This document shows, one piece after another, positions 35,916 to 49,093 of a stretch of 64,000 nt of DNA. Source of the stretch: Pseudogymnoascus verrucosus (Eukaryota); assembly GCA_001662655.1 (NCBI GenBank), contig KV460258.1; one strand, given 5' to 3'. The position numbers and the translations under genes are program-made. How positions within the stretch are numbered: the stretch's first letter is position 1; every line of letters starts with the position of its first letter. The notes beneath the pieces are model-generated. The model made no database searches. It saw only the letters and a list, made by a program, of their open reading frames with translations, and had not been told where the DNA came from.

Positions 35916-36827
35916 CCATGGCAATTCCCGGTACCCTTTCTTTCTCGCCTCCCCTCAAGTCAAGCGCCGATAATCATTTCCCATCGCCTCCCATCGCACA
36001 TCGCCCATCACCCATCACCACTCATCACCACCCATCCGCCACCGTCCCCCAACCCCCAATTGACCCTGAATCAATTACATCCGAGGAGCCACGGGACTGA
36101 CACGGGACTGACACGAGGGAGAACTGGGGAATGTCATGTAAATGTATGCACTACTGTAATCTAACTGTACTCAACCACGTCTTCCCCAGTATCCAGTCTC
36201 TAGTATCCAATCCAGTATCCAATCCAATCCAGTAACTCAAATCATCTTCTATCTACCTACTCTATCTAGACTCTATCTAGACTCTATCTATCTAGACTCT
36301 ACCAAGTACCATCATGTACTCCCACACTCCCACTCCCACTCCCACTCCCACTCCTTCCCCCATTCCCCGATTACTCGTGATTAGCTCCTTCTCCTCCCTC
36401 CCTCGTACTGTACTCCTCGTACTGTACTCCTCCTACACACAGACACGCACACGCCATCACGCTTGTCTTTACTTTCCTTCCCCATGCGATCCCCTGTCCC
36501 TTTCCCACCCCTGCCACACCCTTCTCCACCCTTGTCCTCTCTTTCCCCCCACCCCTGTCCGTCCTTACCAAATCCCTGCTCACACCTTCTAATCCCTGCT
36601 ATCCTTGCTCCCCTGCTCCCCTGCTTCCGTCCAACATCCACCCACCCCCAAAAACGACCCCACCTAGTCCAATTCATCCCGACCCCCCCCCTCCCTCTCC
36701 AAGCTCCCTCCCTCCCTGGAGAAACAATAAAACCCTCGTCGCGTCTCCCGCTTCTTCTTCTTTTCCTATCTCTAACCCTTTGGCCTATTCCTAGTCGTGT
36801 GTGCGCTTCACACCAAAGGTATTCAAG

Positions 36828-38834
36828 ATGGGTATGCATTCACCATTGCAATAAAAGGCAATCACAAGCCATGAGGATCAAGATCGCATGCTAACTCTAC
36901 TCGAATGCAGCAACCAGGGAAATCGACCAGTCCATTGACGTTACCGACGAGAAGGGAATCAGAACCGACTCGATCGACCGTCATGCCATTACCAATGTCT
37001 CTGAGGAGAAGCTCGCCATCGACGACGACTATGAGAACAAGCCTACCGATGAGGAGAAGGCGACTCTGCGCCGTGTGCCCGGCTCCCTCCCCGCTGTCGC
37101 CTACCTGATCTGCGCCGTCGAGTTCTGCGAGCGTGCCTCGTACTACGGTGTCGTGGGTCTCATCAACAACTTCGTCAACCGCCCGCTGCCCAAGGGCGGT
37201 AACGGTTGGGGCGCTCCCCCCAGGGGCACCCAGCAGACCGCTGGTGCGCTCGGCATGGGTACCGTCAAGGCCAACGCCGTCAACCAGTCGTTCAACATGT
37301 TGATTTACGCTCTTCCTCTTCTCTTCGGTTACCTAGCTGATGCCCGCACTGGTCGCTTCAAGCTCATTTGCTGGGGTGTTGTTGTCTTCGGTATCTCTCA
37401 CGTGCTCATGGTTGGTGCTTCTGCGAAGCCGCTCTTGGAGAGCGGAAACGCAAAGGCGCCTTACTTTATCTCGGTCTACATTCTTGCTATTGGTGGTGGT
37501 GAGTAAATTCGATTCTCGAGGATTTCTCTGGAGCGCATTTGCTAACATTTTTTTTAGCCATGTTCAAGCCGAATGTGTCTCCCCTGCTCCTCGATCAAAT
37601 GCCAGACACCGTCCCCAAGGTCAAGACCCTGAAGTCGGGCGAGAGAGTCATTGTTGACCCCGAGTCCACGACCGAGAGAGTCATGCTCTGGTTTTACCTC
37701 CTCATCAACATCGGTGGATTCGTGCAGGTCGCTACTACCTACGCTGAGAAGTACATTGGCTTCTGGCTGGGCTTCCTCCTCCCGCTCATCCTCTACCTTC
37801 CTCTTCCCCTCCTCCTGTGGTACCTCAGCAAGCGCCTCGTTCTCCACCCACCGGCAGGATCTGATTTGCCCAACGTCTTCCGTGTTCTGAGTATCTGCTT
37901 CTCGCGTGGTGGATGGAAGAGAATCGGTCGCCACGGCTTCTGGGAGCCGGCAAAGCCTTCCGTCATCGCCGCCTCTGGCAGGATTATTCCTGTGCAGTGG
38001 AACGACCAGTTCGTCGAGGATGTCCGCCGTGCTTTCCAGGCCACCGGTATCTTCTGCTTCTTCCCAATCCAGTACCTTAACGACAATGGTATCGGTTCCG
38101 CGGCCAGTTTCTTGTCGACCATGTTGGTCACCAACGGTGTCCCCAACGACGTCATCAACAACTTCAACTCTCTCTCCATTATCGTTTGCGCTCCTATCCT
38201 GAACTACGGTCTCTACCCCTTCCTCCGCAAGCGCAACATCCACTTCGGCCCCATTGCCCGCATCACCACCGGTCTCGCCATGTCCTCCATGGCTGGTATC
38301 GGCTACACCGTGCTCAACTACTACGCCTACAAGCTCGGCCCGTGCGGAAAGTTCGGTTCGGACAACTGCGTTGACGCCAACGGAGTCTCCCAGGTCGCCC
38401 CCATCAGCATCTGGTACATGGCCATCCCCTTCGCCATCGGCGGTATTTCCGAGCTGTTCGTCAACGTCCCCGCCTACGGCATCGCCTACTCGCGCGCCCC
38501 CAAGAACATGAGGGGTCTCGTCTCGGCGATCAACCTCTTCAACACCGCCGTCGCCTACGCCATCGGCCTCGCCTGCTCCTCCGTCATCCGCGACCCCTAC
38601 CTGACCTGGGATTTCGGCGGACCAGCCATCGTCGGCTGCGTCCTCACCGTCGTCTTCTGGTTCACCTTCAAGCACATGAACACCGAGGAGTACACCCTCT
38701 CCCAGAACGGCGATTACCACCTCACCCTCGAGGGAACCGCCAACGTCGTCGAGGAGAACTCCCAGAACAAGAGCGTCAACCAGCCCCCGGCGATTGCCGC
38801 GAACGAGGAGTTCGGCATGACCCCGAAGCAGTAG
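36828..38834 (+). CDS. PTR2: POT/PTR-family di/tripeptide transporter
   Basis: Exons 36828-36831, 36911-37498, 37558-38834; EFCERASYYG, FKPNVSP, FYLLINIG, YSRAPKNMRG. Confidence 0.93.
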
Positions 38835-39480
38835 ATGGGTGGGATGATGATGATGGGAAAGTTGGATTTTTTCTTTTTGGATTTAGCTTTTCGCCCGTCC
38901 TAAGACTCACTGGGTGAGGGTTGGGACTTGGGCTGTATGATAATATATAACTTACAAGATAGTTGGAAAGCAAATCTATGTGCGACTCTTTACTAAGAGA
39001 TATAACTGTATATTTTGACCCTTTTTGATTGTGATTTATGCTGTGTCGTGTGTGTGATGTAACCTCATGAATCATCTACCTGTACTCCGTACATCTACCC
39101 CAAGTCCAAAAATAGGAGCTTGAGGGTTAGTGCTGGCAAAACAATTTTGGCCTCTTAGAACCTGCCTCTTCGGGACTATTTCCAACTTACTAGCCTATTA
39201 TTGAAATTCAATCATACCCCACCCCCTCACATCTGAGCGCCTCCTCCATCCCAGCCCTCCGTAGTTGCCGTTATTTCCGTTCACCCCCAGCACTAAAGCC
39301 CAAATCGCTTAGTCATCACCCGCCACATCGGAGCGAACACGGCATCCCTCGGCGTCCATCGGTCCGCTCTCACATCCCCCAACACCACCGTCCACAGCAT
39401 CACCACAACCTCCATCCAGCTTCCTAGCTCCCCATACATCGCACAAATAATACACTACTCTATTCCCACCCCCCGCAGTC

Positions 39481-41849
39481 ATGGATGCTGCAAATATAAA
39501 TTCCACCACGCGCCAAGCTTCCACACCTACCCCGACTGCAAGCGCGGCGCCACCCGCACCCCCTGCAGCCACCTCCGCCGCTGGTGGCTCCCCAGGCACA
39601 GCGACGAAGCGGAAACGGATTGCGTGTACATTATGTCGTGAATCGAAAGTTCGCTGTGTTGGGCCCTCTGATCGATGTGCGCGCTGCGAGAGGTTGGGGG
39701 TGGAGTGTCGGACTGATAAGGGGTTTCGGAGGTCGAATAAACGGAGGTGAGCTTTAGCTTTCTTATACCTTAGGGAGGGTTGTTTTGGGAGGTGGTAGAT
39801 GGGCTAATGGGGGAATTAGTAAAGTTGAAGCGCTTGAGAGACAGGTGGAGAGGTTGTTGGAAGCTGCGGAGCAGGGGGGGGGTGCTGAGTTAAGGTCGCT
39901 GAGGGGGTCTATGGCGCCGATGGGGGGGAGTATGGGGGTTGAGGAGGGGGCGCCGGCGACACCTAGGACTATGGGCGGGGAGGAGGGTAGTGCTGTGGGA
40001 GTGAGAGGGAGGGAGAGTGAAGGGCCTGGGGAGAGAAGTGCGGGTGTACCGCGAGCTGTTGAGCGACCTGTGACGGCCGAGAGGATTGAGGGTGTCACAC
40101 CCGGTCCGGAGGGTACGACAGCTCGGGTTCTTGAAGGGGTTGAGGTTAGCGCGGGTCAGATTGATTCGTTGTTCAGACTGTGAGTATACCCCCATTACAA
40201 GCGATCGTAGAGTTCAATTTTCTAACGTCCCAGGTATTTCGCGCGTTTCCACCCGTTTCTCCCCCTACTAGACCCAGCGCGGTCTCCAGACCAGTATTAC
40301 GAATCTTCGACCCTGTTGTTTTGGGCGATTATAACTATTGCCGCGCGTCGACACCGCGATTACCCCCGTCTCCTAGAGAGTCTAACTGGTCCAGTATCGA
40401 CTCTCCTATGGAAGACGGTGCAGATATCGGCAGCGGAACTGATGAACCTCTGGCCCGTCCAAGCGTTCATCATACTGTGCACCTGGCCGCTGCCATCAAA
40501 TCGCGTATGGACTGATCCATCGTTTATGCTGAGCAACATCGCTGTTACGTCTGCAATCCAGATTGGACTCCATAGACCTGAGCATCCTAAGGAGTTTCTG
40601 GCGAGGCCGAGTAGGCAGTATGTAGATTTTGTGGTTAATGAGAGCGAGACGAGCGAGAGGATGAGGACATGGGCGGCTTGTAATATTATTAGCCAGTCGT
40701 GAGATTTCCACCTTCCTTTTTTTTTTTTGTTACGGTTTGATTTTTCTAACTGGTGGTAGGATTACGGCGGATTTCGGGCATGGGTCGGCTGGGCCTTGTT
40801 TTGACTGGGCGATTGATCAGGCGTGTGATAATGGGCTTGGAACCTTTAGCCTGCCTGATGAGATTAGGCATTGTCTTATTATTCAGCGGTTTTGCTATCG
40901 GGTTACTAAAGCGATGATGACGGGCGCGAATAGCACCGGTCTTCCACTCGAGCATGACAGGTATCTCCAACTAATGCTGCTAGAAGAGGAATTAAACGTC
41001 ATCGAGCAGCAACTCGGAAGCCAACTCTCCGGTGAGTCCGCCCCCATTCCCCAGATAAAACACAACTAACCCCCGTTCCCCCCTCCCAGAAATCAACCAC
41101 CTCCGCCACTGCGAAGCCCGCCTCTACCTAAACCTCTACCACTTCCTCGACTCCACCCTCACCGAGCCCCGCCGCAACGGCATCCTCAAAGCCCACCACG
41201 CCGCCAGCACCCTCATCACACGTCTCATAACCAGCCACCCCGACAGCAACGGCTGGTACGACCGCCTCCTCTACGCCCCGCTTCACACCTTCCGCCTCCT
41301 CTGCACCGCGTGCATCGTGCTCATCACAACCATCAACTCCACATACTCCGAGTACCTCGACGCTGCGGCGGGGAAATTGCTGTTTAACAGCGCGGTGTTC
41401 GCGATGCGCAGGATGTCGATTAGAGAGGGTGATGGCCCGGAGAAGGGGGCGTGTGTTATGGCGGAGATGTGGGGGGCGTGTGAGGTGGCGTATAAGAGAC
41501 AGCCGGGGGAACCGAGGATTAGGATTAAGGCGAGGATGGCGGCGAGTTTGACGTATGATACTTTTTTGAGGAGGCATGTATTTAGTACCTGTCATAAGGG
41601 GGGGGTGAATGCTGCCGCTGCTGATAAGGGTATGTTGATTGCTTGTATTTTGTGGGGGATGAGTTTTGTGCTGATTTGTGTGTGTGTATAGGATTACCGA
41701 CGCCAGCTGGTGGTGATGGGGGGGGAGGGGATGGGGGGGAGGCGGGGTTGATGGAGGATTGTATTATGGATTATTGGCAGGATTATCCGAATCCGAGCTA
41801 TATCTGGGATGATGATTTTTCGACTAGCTTGGCTGATTTTATCACCTAG
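39481..41849 (+). CDS. Zn(II)2Cys6 transcription factor with fungal TF middle-homology region
   Basis: ACTLCRESKVRC..RCARCERLGVEC; AIQIGLHRPE, RMRTWAACNI; about 5 introns. Confidence 0.88.
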
Positions 41850-41991
41850 AGCTGGTATAATGTATGTATAAAAAGATACCCAAACAATAGTTCTAGTCCT
41901 ATCTAGTCTCAACTAGCAATATCTACAAAAATCCGTAGTCGACACACCCAGCACAACTCTTGTATCGTCTATAGCTTCCAACCCAACACAC

Positions 41992-42573
41992 TCACTCCTC
42001 TTTCACCTCCTCCACCCCCTTCAACCCCGCCGCCCACTCCCCAGCCGTCACCACATCCGCCTGCTTCGGAAACACCTTCTCCACCAACACCCTATGCACC
42101 TCCTCATCCCCATCAAAGCACAAATCCCTCAACACCGTAACTCCATAATCCCTATCCGCCGCCTCCCTCACCGTCGACAACACCACCCCACTCGTCGACA
42201 CCCCCGCCACCACCACCCTCTGCACCCCCAAACTCCTCAACACTAGCTCCAAATCCGTGCTTGCGAACGCAGACACCCGGCGCTTCGTGACGATTATATC
42301 CCCCTCGATAGGCGCGATGGAGGGGTGCACAGCGGTGGCGTCGCTGCCTTCAATGAAGCCACCGAACGGCTTGATGCGCTCGAACATCTTGTTAAGGGGG
42401 GAGACGTCGGGGTGCTGCGGGCGGAATCCGAGTTTGATGTAGATTATGGGGATGGAGGAGGCGCGGGCGGAGGCGATGGTGGTGGCGTAGAGGGGGAGGA
42501 GGGAGGAGGCGGTGGGGACGCGGTCGAGGATGCCGTTTTGGAGGTCCATTATTAGGAGGGCGGTTTTGGACAT
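41992..42573 (-). CDS. Isochorismatase-family hydrolase
   Basis: TALLIMDLQNG, KRRVSAF, AGVSTSGVVLST, DRDY. Confidence 0.9.
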   Translation of the reverse strand: MSKTALLIMDLQNGILDRVPTASSLLPLYATTIASARASSIPIIYIKLGFRPQHPDVSPLNKMFERIKPFGGFIEGSDATAVHPSIAPIEGDIIVTKRRVSAFASTDLELVLRSLGVQRVVVAGVSTSGVVLSTVREAADRDYGVTVLRDLCFDGDEEVHRVLVEKVFPKQADVVTAGEWAAGLKGVEEVKEE

Positions 42574-42986
42574 TTTTGTTTGTGAGGGGGTGTTGATGAG
42601 GTTTGAGGGGGGGTTGGTATGTGAGAATTGTGGTGGGGGTAATGTTGGTGGTGATAGATTTGAACACTTTACTGTAAAAAATCGTTCTCTTTGAATGTCT
42701 CAATGAGAAGAACACCTTTTATATATTATATAGGTAGGGGATCGACGTGTTTTCTTCACCGAAGCTGGAATCAGGAGATAAAAGTAAAATCCGAGATCCA
42801 ATCCTCAAGTGGCATGCTGGCCGGGCCGCCGAACGCCGATGGAGCGGTTTCGCTCCGACAACCATGTAAGAACCGCAAATCTTGTAAGGCGCAATACAAT
42901 AAATAGAATACATACCGCCCTAAAAGTCAAAATGGTTGATTTTCAATTTACCTTGGGTTACAGATGCGCCCATAGCAAAATCAGAC

Positions 42987-44609
42987 ATGAACAATGAGCC
43001 AAAGTTGCCAGATCAATCAGATCTGCTGTCAGCGACCTCAAATGGCCCAGTTGTCGCCACAGAAGTCGAGAATGACAATGTTGCCGTTGTAGACGACCAG
43101 CCTTTTTCTATATTTTCAGAGTTTGAAAAGCGACTATATGCATGGTCTGCGTCTTTAGCTGCTTTTTCCGGTCCAGTCTCTTCTACTATCTACTATCCGG
43201 CCCTAAATCTCCTGGCAGAGGATCTTAATACCACAGCCACCAAGATAAATTTGACAATTACTACCTACCTGGTGCGACCCCTCACACGACAATTTGAAGA
43301 CCTATCTAACCATGCAATATAGATCTTTCAAGGCATTGCACCGACTATTGTTGGTGGTATTTCCGACAAATACGGCCGAAGGCCTGCATTACTGACCTGC
43401 TTCGTCGTCTACATTGCCGCCAACACGGGTCTCGCGTTGCAGCACAGTTTCGCTGCCTTACTTGTCCTTCGCTGCATCCAGAGTAGTGGCTGCAGCGGTA
43501 CAATTTCAATTTCCAATGGGGTAGTCTCAGACGTAGCCACGAGGGCTGAACGTGGCAGTTACGTGAGTCTGGCAGCGATGGGACAGTCGCTTGGCCCTGC
43601 ACTTGGTCCCATCATCGGCGGTCTCTTGACGCACTTTCTGGGCTGGAGATCTATCTTTTGGTTCTTAGACATTTACGCCGGGGTCATGCTCTGCTCTATT
43701 CTCCTCTTCATGCCTGAAACCTGCCGCAACATCGTCGGCAACGGCTCCGTTCCCTCGCAAAAATGGAACGTCTCCCTCATGACCTACCTGACCCAGCGAA
43801 AGCTCCGCAAGAACAACGTCCCCGTGGCGCACAACACAATCCAGAACAAGAAGAGACCGAGCCTTCTCGCATCCCTCTCCATCCTCGTCGAAAAAGAGGC
43901 CTGCCTCCTCATGATATTCTGCGCCTTATACTTCGCCGGCTTCAGCATGATAACTGCCAGTCTCCCTTCCCAACTCAGCTCCACCTACAACTACAACTCC
44001 ATCCAAGTCGGCCTCTGCTACATCCCCATAGGCGCCGCAGCCATCTGCGCCAAAACGGTCGTTGGCCGGGCCATCGACTGGAATTTCCGCCGCCACTGCC
44101 GCATCCAGGGCGTCGAGATCATCAAGTCCCAGCAGCAGGAGATTGATGATTTCCCAGTCGAGCGCGCCCGGCTGGAAGTCTCGGTGCCGCTGGTTATCAT
44201 GGCGTGCGTGGGAGTCGTCCCGTACGGTTGGGTGATGGGACTTGAACATCCGCCGCTTGGAGCGGTTATCGTGCTTCTCTTTCTCTTCGCGTTCTCGGCA
44301 TCAGGGCTGATGCAGACGATAACGGTGCTGCTGATCGACTGTCACCCCGACAGTCCCGCGGCGGTGTCGGCGGCGAATAATGTGCTGCGGTGCCTGCTTG
44401 CTGCGGGGGCTGTGGCCATTGCCGTGCCATTGTTTGACAAAATTGGGAGGGGTTTGACGGGCACGTTATTGGCACTTGTGTATGCGGTGTCCTGCCTCTT
44501 GTTGTGGGCTGTTGTGGTTAAAGGTCCGGGATGGAGGAATGAGAGAAAATTGAAGAGGGAAGCAATAGAAGAAAAGCGAGAGGAGGAAGAAGGGCGTCAT
44601 GGAATATGA
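42987..44609 (+). CDS. MFS drug:H+ antiporter (DHA1/QDR-like)
   Basis: IYYPAL, intron 43272-43322, SDKYGRRP, GPALGPIIGG, MPETCRNIVGNGS, FPVERARL. Confidence 0.9.
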
Positions 44610-45336
44610 AAATATGTCGCGGCACAAGGTAGGAAAACTTGTAGAAGATAGACTGATATATATTTAGACGAATGAATGAATCAAAGTATCCAACTCCTTT
44701 TATTTACGTCTATTTTCATCAGAGATCATACATGTTAGCATTGATCACTACACAATTATTTTTCTGAATAGAGTCTGATCGACCATGTTTCAGCTCCCGA
44801 GAGTGGTAGTGCAGGATACTCTCCGGTGCAGGCGACGCACAGTGCTGGCAAAATCCAAATCTGTGTTCCGAAAACGAGCAATTATCGGCGCCGATCCCAC
44901 GAGATCAGCGAGACCACCAAACCACATCAAATGATCCTGCGTGGGCTTCAAATCCTACGAAAGAAAATGTGGGTAAAGTTCTGAACATGCATTGGTGACT
45001 AATAATCCATGATGTCTCATTAATCCTGGAGATTTAAGCCGCGAATATTGCTTTCGAATCAGTCCCTCGGTGTTCTTGAAGCCATCGACAACAACAGCCC
45101 GGACATTTCGCGACTCGTTTTTGGAGCTTTAGATAGTTGTCTCCACCTTCGGCATCTATACCTAGCACCGCTACCCCGCGTTTTCGGTCGGTCTCCGTTA
45201 TAGGGGGCACGGCGCGTGCCTCACTTCCGACTTGGCTGCAGAGGGCAATTGCGCGTAAATTCCGCAGTCGCTCCGTATAAAGAGCTGTGCCAGAAGGATT
45301 TCAAATAATTGCCTCGGAAGGAATTATTTGTTGGCA

Positions 45337-46972
45337 ATGATGGCTACAGTTGAGAAGAACCCCGAAGCCGGCCTAACTGAGAATGACCTGGCCGAGGAAA
45401 ACCAGACGGTTCATTTAAAGCCCGAGATCCAAAAACAACTTGTGCGGAAAATAGATATGAACTTAATGCCCCTAGTTTTGTGTCTATGTAAGTTAAGTTG
45501 CTCATAGTTGAGAGCGTAACTAATTGAGATTCAGATCTCCTCGCCTTCCTTGATCGGTCAAATATTGGCAATGCTCAAACAGCAGGCATGGGTAAATCCC
45601 TAGGCTTGAGTGATGGCGAATACCAATGGCTCCTCACAATCTTTTACATTCCGTATATTACATTTGAATGGCTAGCTTTGATGTGGAAGCTTATCCCGCC
45701 ACATATATGGGCTTTCATAACCGTTTTTACTTGGTATGCTGCAACCCCAATTCTATTTAATCTGTCCAAAGCTCATTTAAATTTTAATAGGGGCCTTGCT
45801 TCTACCCTTCAGGCAGCGGCCTTTAACTGGTCTGGCATGATGGTTTGCAGGTTCTTTCTTGCGATAGCAGAGGCAGGTTATGCACCCGGCATCCCGTACC
45901 TCCTCTCATTTTACTATATGCGAAATGAGCTCGGCTTACGCTGCGGCATATACTTCGCTGCTGCCCCGTTAGCAACCTGCTTTGCGGGAGCTCTTGCCTA
46001 TGGAATCACTTCAGGCCATGCTGCACTCGATAATTGGAGGCTGCTATTCTTGGTGGAAGGACTGCCATCAATCGCGATAGCTTTTGTCGCCTTCTATTTC
46101 ATGCCAGACTCCCCTGAAAAAGCAAGGTTCTTGAACGAGGAAGAAAAAGAGGCCGCTAGGGCGCGTGCAATTCGCCAGGTTGGCCAAGAGGGCGCTACTC
46201 GAGTGGGCTCTATCAACCTCAAAGAGGTTGGATTAGCGCTCATGGATATTAGGAACTGGCTCACTGCTGTAAGCTATCCGACGTCTTGCCTGTGGTTCTT
46301 TATCCGGCAGTGCTAATTTCTGTATAGCTCATGTACTTCTCATGCAATGTCAGCTTCTCGTCGCTCCCTGTCTTCCTCCCCACAATCCTTGAGGGAATGG
46401 GCTACAAGTCAATCAATGCGCAGGGACTCTCTGCCCCGCCCTACTTCTTATCATTCCTAGTGTTAATCTCCAGCACATGGATCGCCGACAAGACACAGCA
46501 GCGTGGCCTAATGATCATTGGCCTTTCTGTGATTGGCGGAACAGGTTATATCATTCTCGCAACAGTGACTTCAACCGGAGTCCGATACTTCGCCATATTT
46601 CTCGCCGCAGCAGGAATCTTCCCTGCAATAGCTAATATCTTGCCCTGGGTTTTAAACAATCAAGGCACAGACTCAAAACGCGGCGCTGGCATGGCATTGC
46701 TAAATATTATAGGGCAATGCGGCCCGTTGTTGGGCACTCGGATTTATCCAAAATCTGAAGGTCCATTCTATACAAAAGGAATGTCAATTTGTGCTGCATT
46801 CATGTTTTTCAACGGCTTTCTGGCCCTTGTGTTGAGGACATTGCTTCAGAGACAGAATAAGAAGCTTGAGGAAGAAGAACGAGGGGTAACCCAGGCGGCC
46901 GGAGGCGATGAGAAAGAACCGACTCTTGCTATCGAAAACGAGGGAACATTTGGCTATAGATATATATTGTAG
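45337..46972 (+). CDS. MFS anion:cation symporter (Dal5/Tna1-like)
   Basis: LVRKIDMNLMP, FLDRSNIGNA, WRLLFLVEGLP, PDSPEKARFL; three introns. Confidence 0.9.
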
Positions 46973-47105
46973 CTATAGCGAAAGGAAAATGTGTGGTGAA
47001 GCTGCTATCTGTGTGTTAGAATTGGGTTTTAAGAAATTAGAATTCTGTGGCTCAATGGGATTGGTGTAACAAGAAGCTACCAATCACAAATATCGATGAG
47101 ATCCG

Positions 47106-47678
47106 TCAACCAATACAATGCGAGCCAATAAAAGGTGGTGAGGGAAACTTCTTATAATAGACCTGCGTGAGTACATCGATCAAAGGCGAGTGGTCGATGA
47201 GCTCGAAGCCTTTGCTCATCATACCCCGCCATTGGTCCCAGACTGTATTGACCGAAAGAATCGATCCATGCAGGAGGGCGCGGACGGCTTCGTCGATGGC
47301 TACGTGGATCTCGTCTTTTCCTGGATCTTCGACTGCCACTGCGCAACGAAAAGATGCGCATTCTTCAGCCCAAGCTGACATGAGTTTGTGGTGCACGGAG
47401 CAATTGGTTCGACTCCATACAGGTTGCGCCACAGGGTTGGATCGGACACCCTTCGTTATGAGGTATAAATTGCTTTTATATGATCGCTGGGGTGCATGAG
47501 ACACCCCAGCTGTTCCGTGAGATTGAAGGCACCAGGAGCCTACATACCTGTAGCGAATCATTTTTCTCGTGGTATATTTCCGTGCTATAAGCCGGCGGTA
47601 TGAATGCTCCGTTGGGCCGTCTAGGAACTTGATAGATCGGTGAACTCTTTAATCGTCAGTTAACGAAGGACGTGGCAT
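47106..47678 (-). pseudogene. Possible degenerate gene fragment of unknown family
   Basis: ATG frame with an early TAA (MPRPSLTDD*RVHRSIKF...) continuing into the 151-aa ORF; no recognisable motif. Confidence 0.25.
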
Positions 47679-48330
47679 ATTTATGTTGTAAACTAGGACG
47701 ATGTGGACTCGTACAGCTCCGACAATTCCCAGAAATGCCTAGTTGGTAGGGCAGCCTGGTATCCAAATGATCGTCATAAAGTCGACATTTATGCTTAACG
47801 TAGTTGCGTAGCTGCATTGGCGGGAAATACATGGTGTGGGGATGGTCCACGCCTCTACGAGCGGAGTACGACTTTCCGTATTTTCGGAAGAAACGATCAG
47901 GTGCAGATAGCCTGAAGGAAGGCACTATTAGGCTTTCTCTAGCTTGTTACCATGCCTGTAGTCTGTTTACAGACTGCGGGGTTAGCTGGTTTAGCCTGTT
48001 GACAAGGCCAGTACAGGGGTGTCGGCAGTAAAGGACTGAGAACAGCGGCCTTCCCCAGGATTAGGAAGTAATCATGCTAAGATCTGCCCAGGATGTATGT
48101 GACTCAATGCCTCGAATCTTGTTTGCGGGAATGATAACAGCCCCTGTCATGGTAGGATCTAATACGAAGACCCCAGGTGCCATACCGGAAGATATAAGAG
48201 TGCTGAATGTCCTTCAATACCTCAGCGTATTATATTCTCGGACTCAAAAAGGCAAATTAGATCTTACAAAAATTCAATAACTGCAAATACATCTTCAATT
48301 TTTACAGCTGCAATTTTCCAATTCTATTCA

Positions 48331-48895
48331 ATGGCCATCTCGCGATTCGGTCTCACATCGGCGCTCTGCCTTGCTATACCGTGAGTATTACTTCAAATCA
48401 AATCAGCCCAGGTTTTTGACAATATACTACAGCCTATTCATCGCCCCAGTTGTCGCTCAGGCCCCCACCCCGTGCGTCACGATCACCACCACCACCGTCC
48501 CTCCCTGTGATACCCCACAAACCTGCAAACCAATGGGCTGTCCCGAAATCGCCACTCAGGTAACCCAACCTTGCGGCTGCCCCATTCCCGCTGTCACCAA
48601 AACGGTGCAGAAGCCTTGCGGCTGTCAAGGATGCCAGTCACACACCTTTGTGGTCCCAGCAACATCCTGTAGTGGCAAGCTCTGTGCAGTCGTCACGACC
48701 TCGGAATACCCAGCTTGCCCTCAGGTCACTGGTTGCGTATCACCCGACTGTATCACGATTAGTTCGATTGTCCTGGGCTGCAGTTGTACCGGCATTAGCA
48801 CCGCAACGGAATGCAATGGCAAATGTCGTACAGGGTGCGCGACCGAGTACAAAGGCCTGCTAGTGCCTTGCCCGGTTTCTTCAATTCCTTCTTAG
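48331..48895 (+). CDS. Small secreted cysteine-rich protein (170 aa, two 10-Cys repeats)
   Basis: Exons 48331-48380 and 48433-48895 in frame; signal peptide MAISRFGLTSALCLAIPLFIAPVVA; 20 Cys in the mature part. Confidence 0.85.
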
Positions 48896-49093
48896 AACTT
48901 GAAGGGCGAATGTGATGAGTGGGGATGCAGGGTGGTGAAAGTTGGCAGTAAGGGGAACTGAAGCTTAAGTCTTCGCATTCTAACTTGAGCACTAAATCTA
49001 AATAAAAGGCTTTAAAAAAGGCATATTGCAAATAAAAATATGAAGAGTAGAAGCCAACACGCTATTAATCAACAGCACGTATTCCATACATAT

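Noticed and set aside
31746..36894. Multiple overlapping ORFs upstream of PTR2
   Set aside because: They arise from C/T- or G/A-rich microsatellite sequence and have no protein signature.
37554..38720. 388-aa minus-strand ORF
   Set aside because: Antisense shadow of the strongly codon-biased PTR2 CDS.
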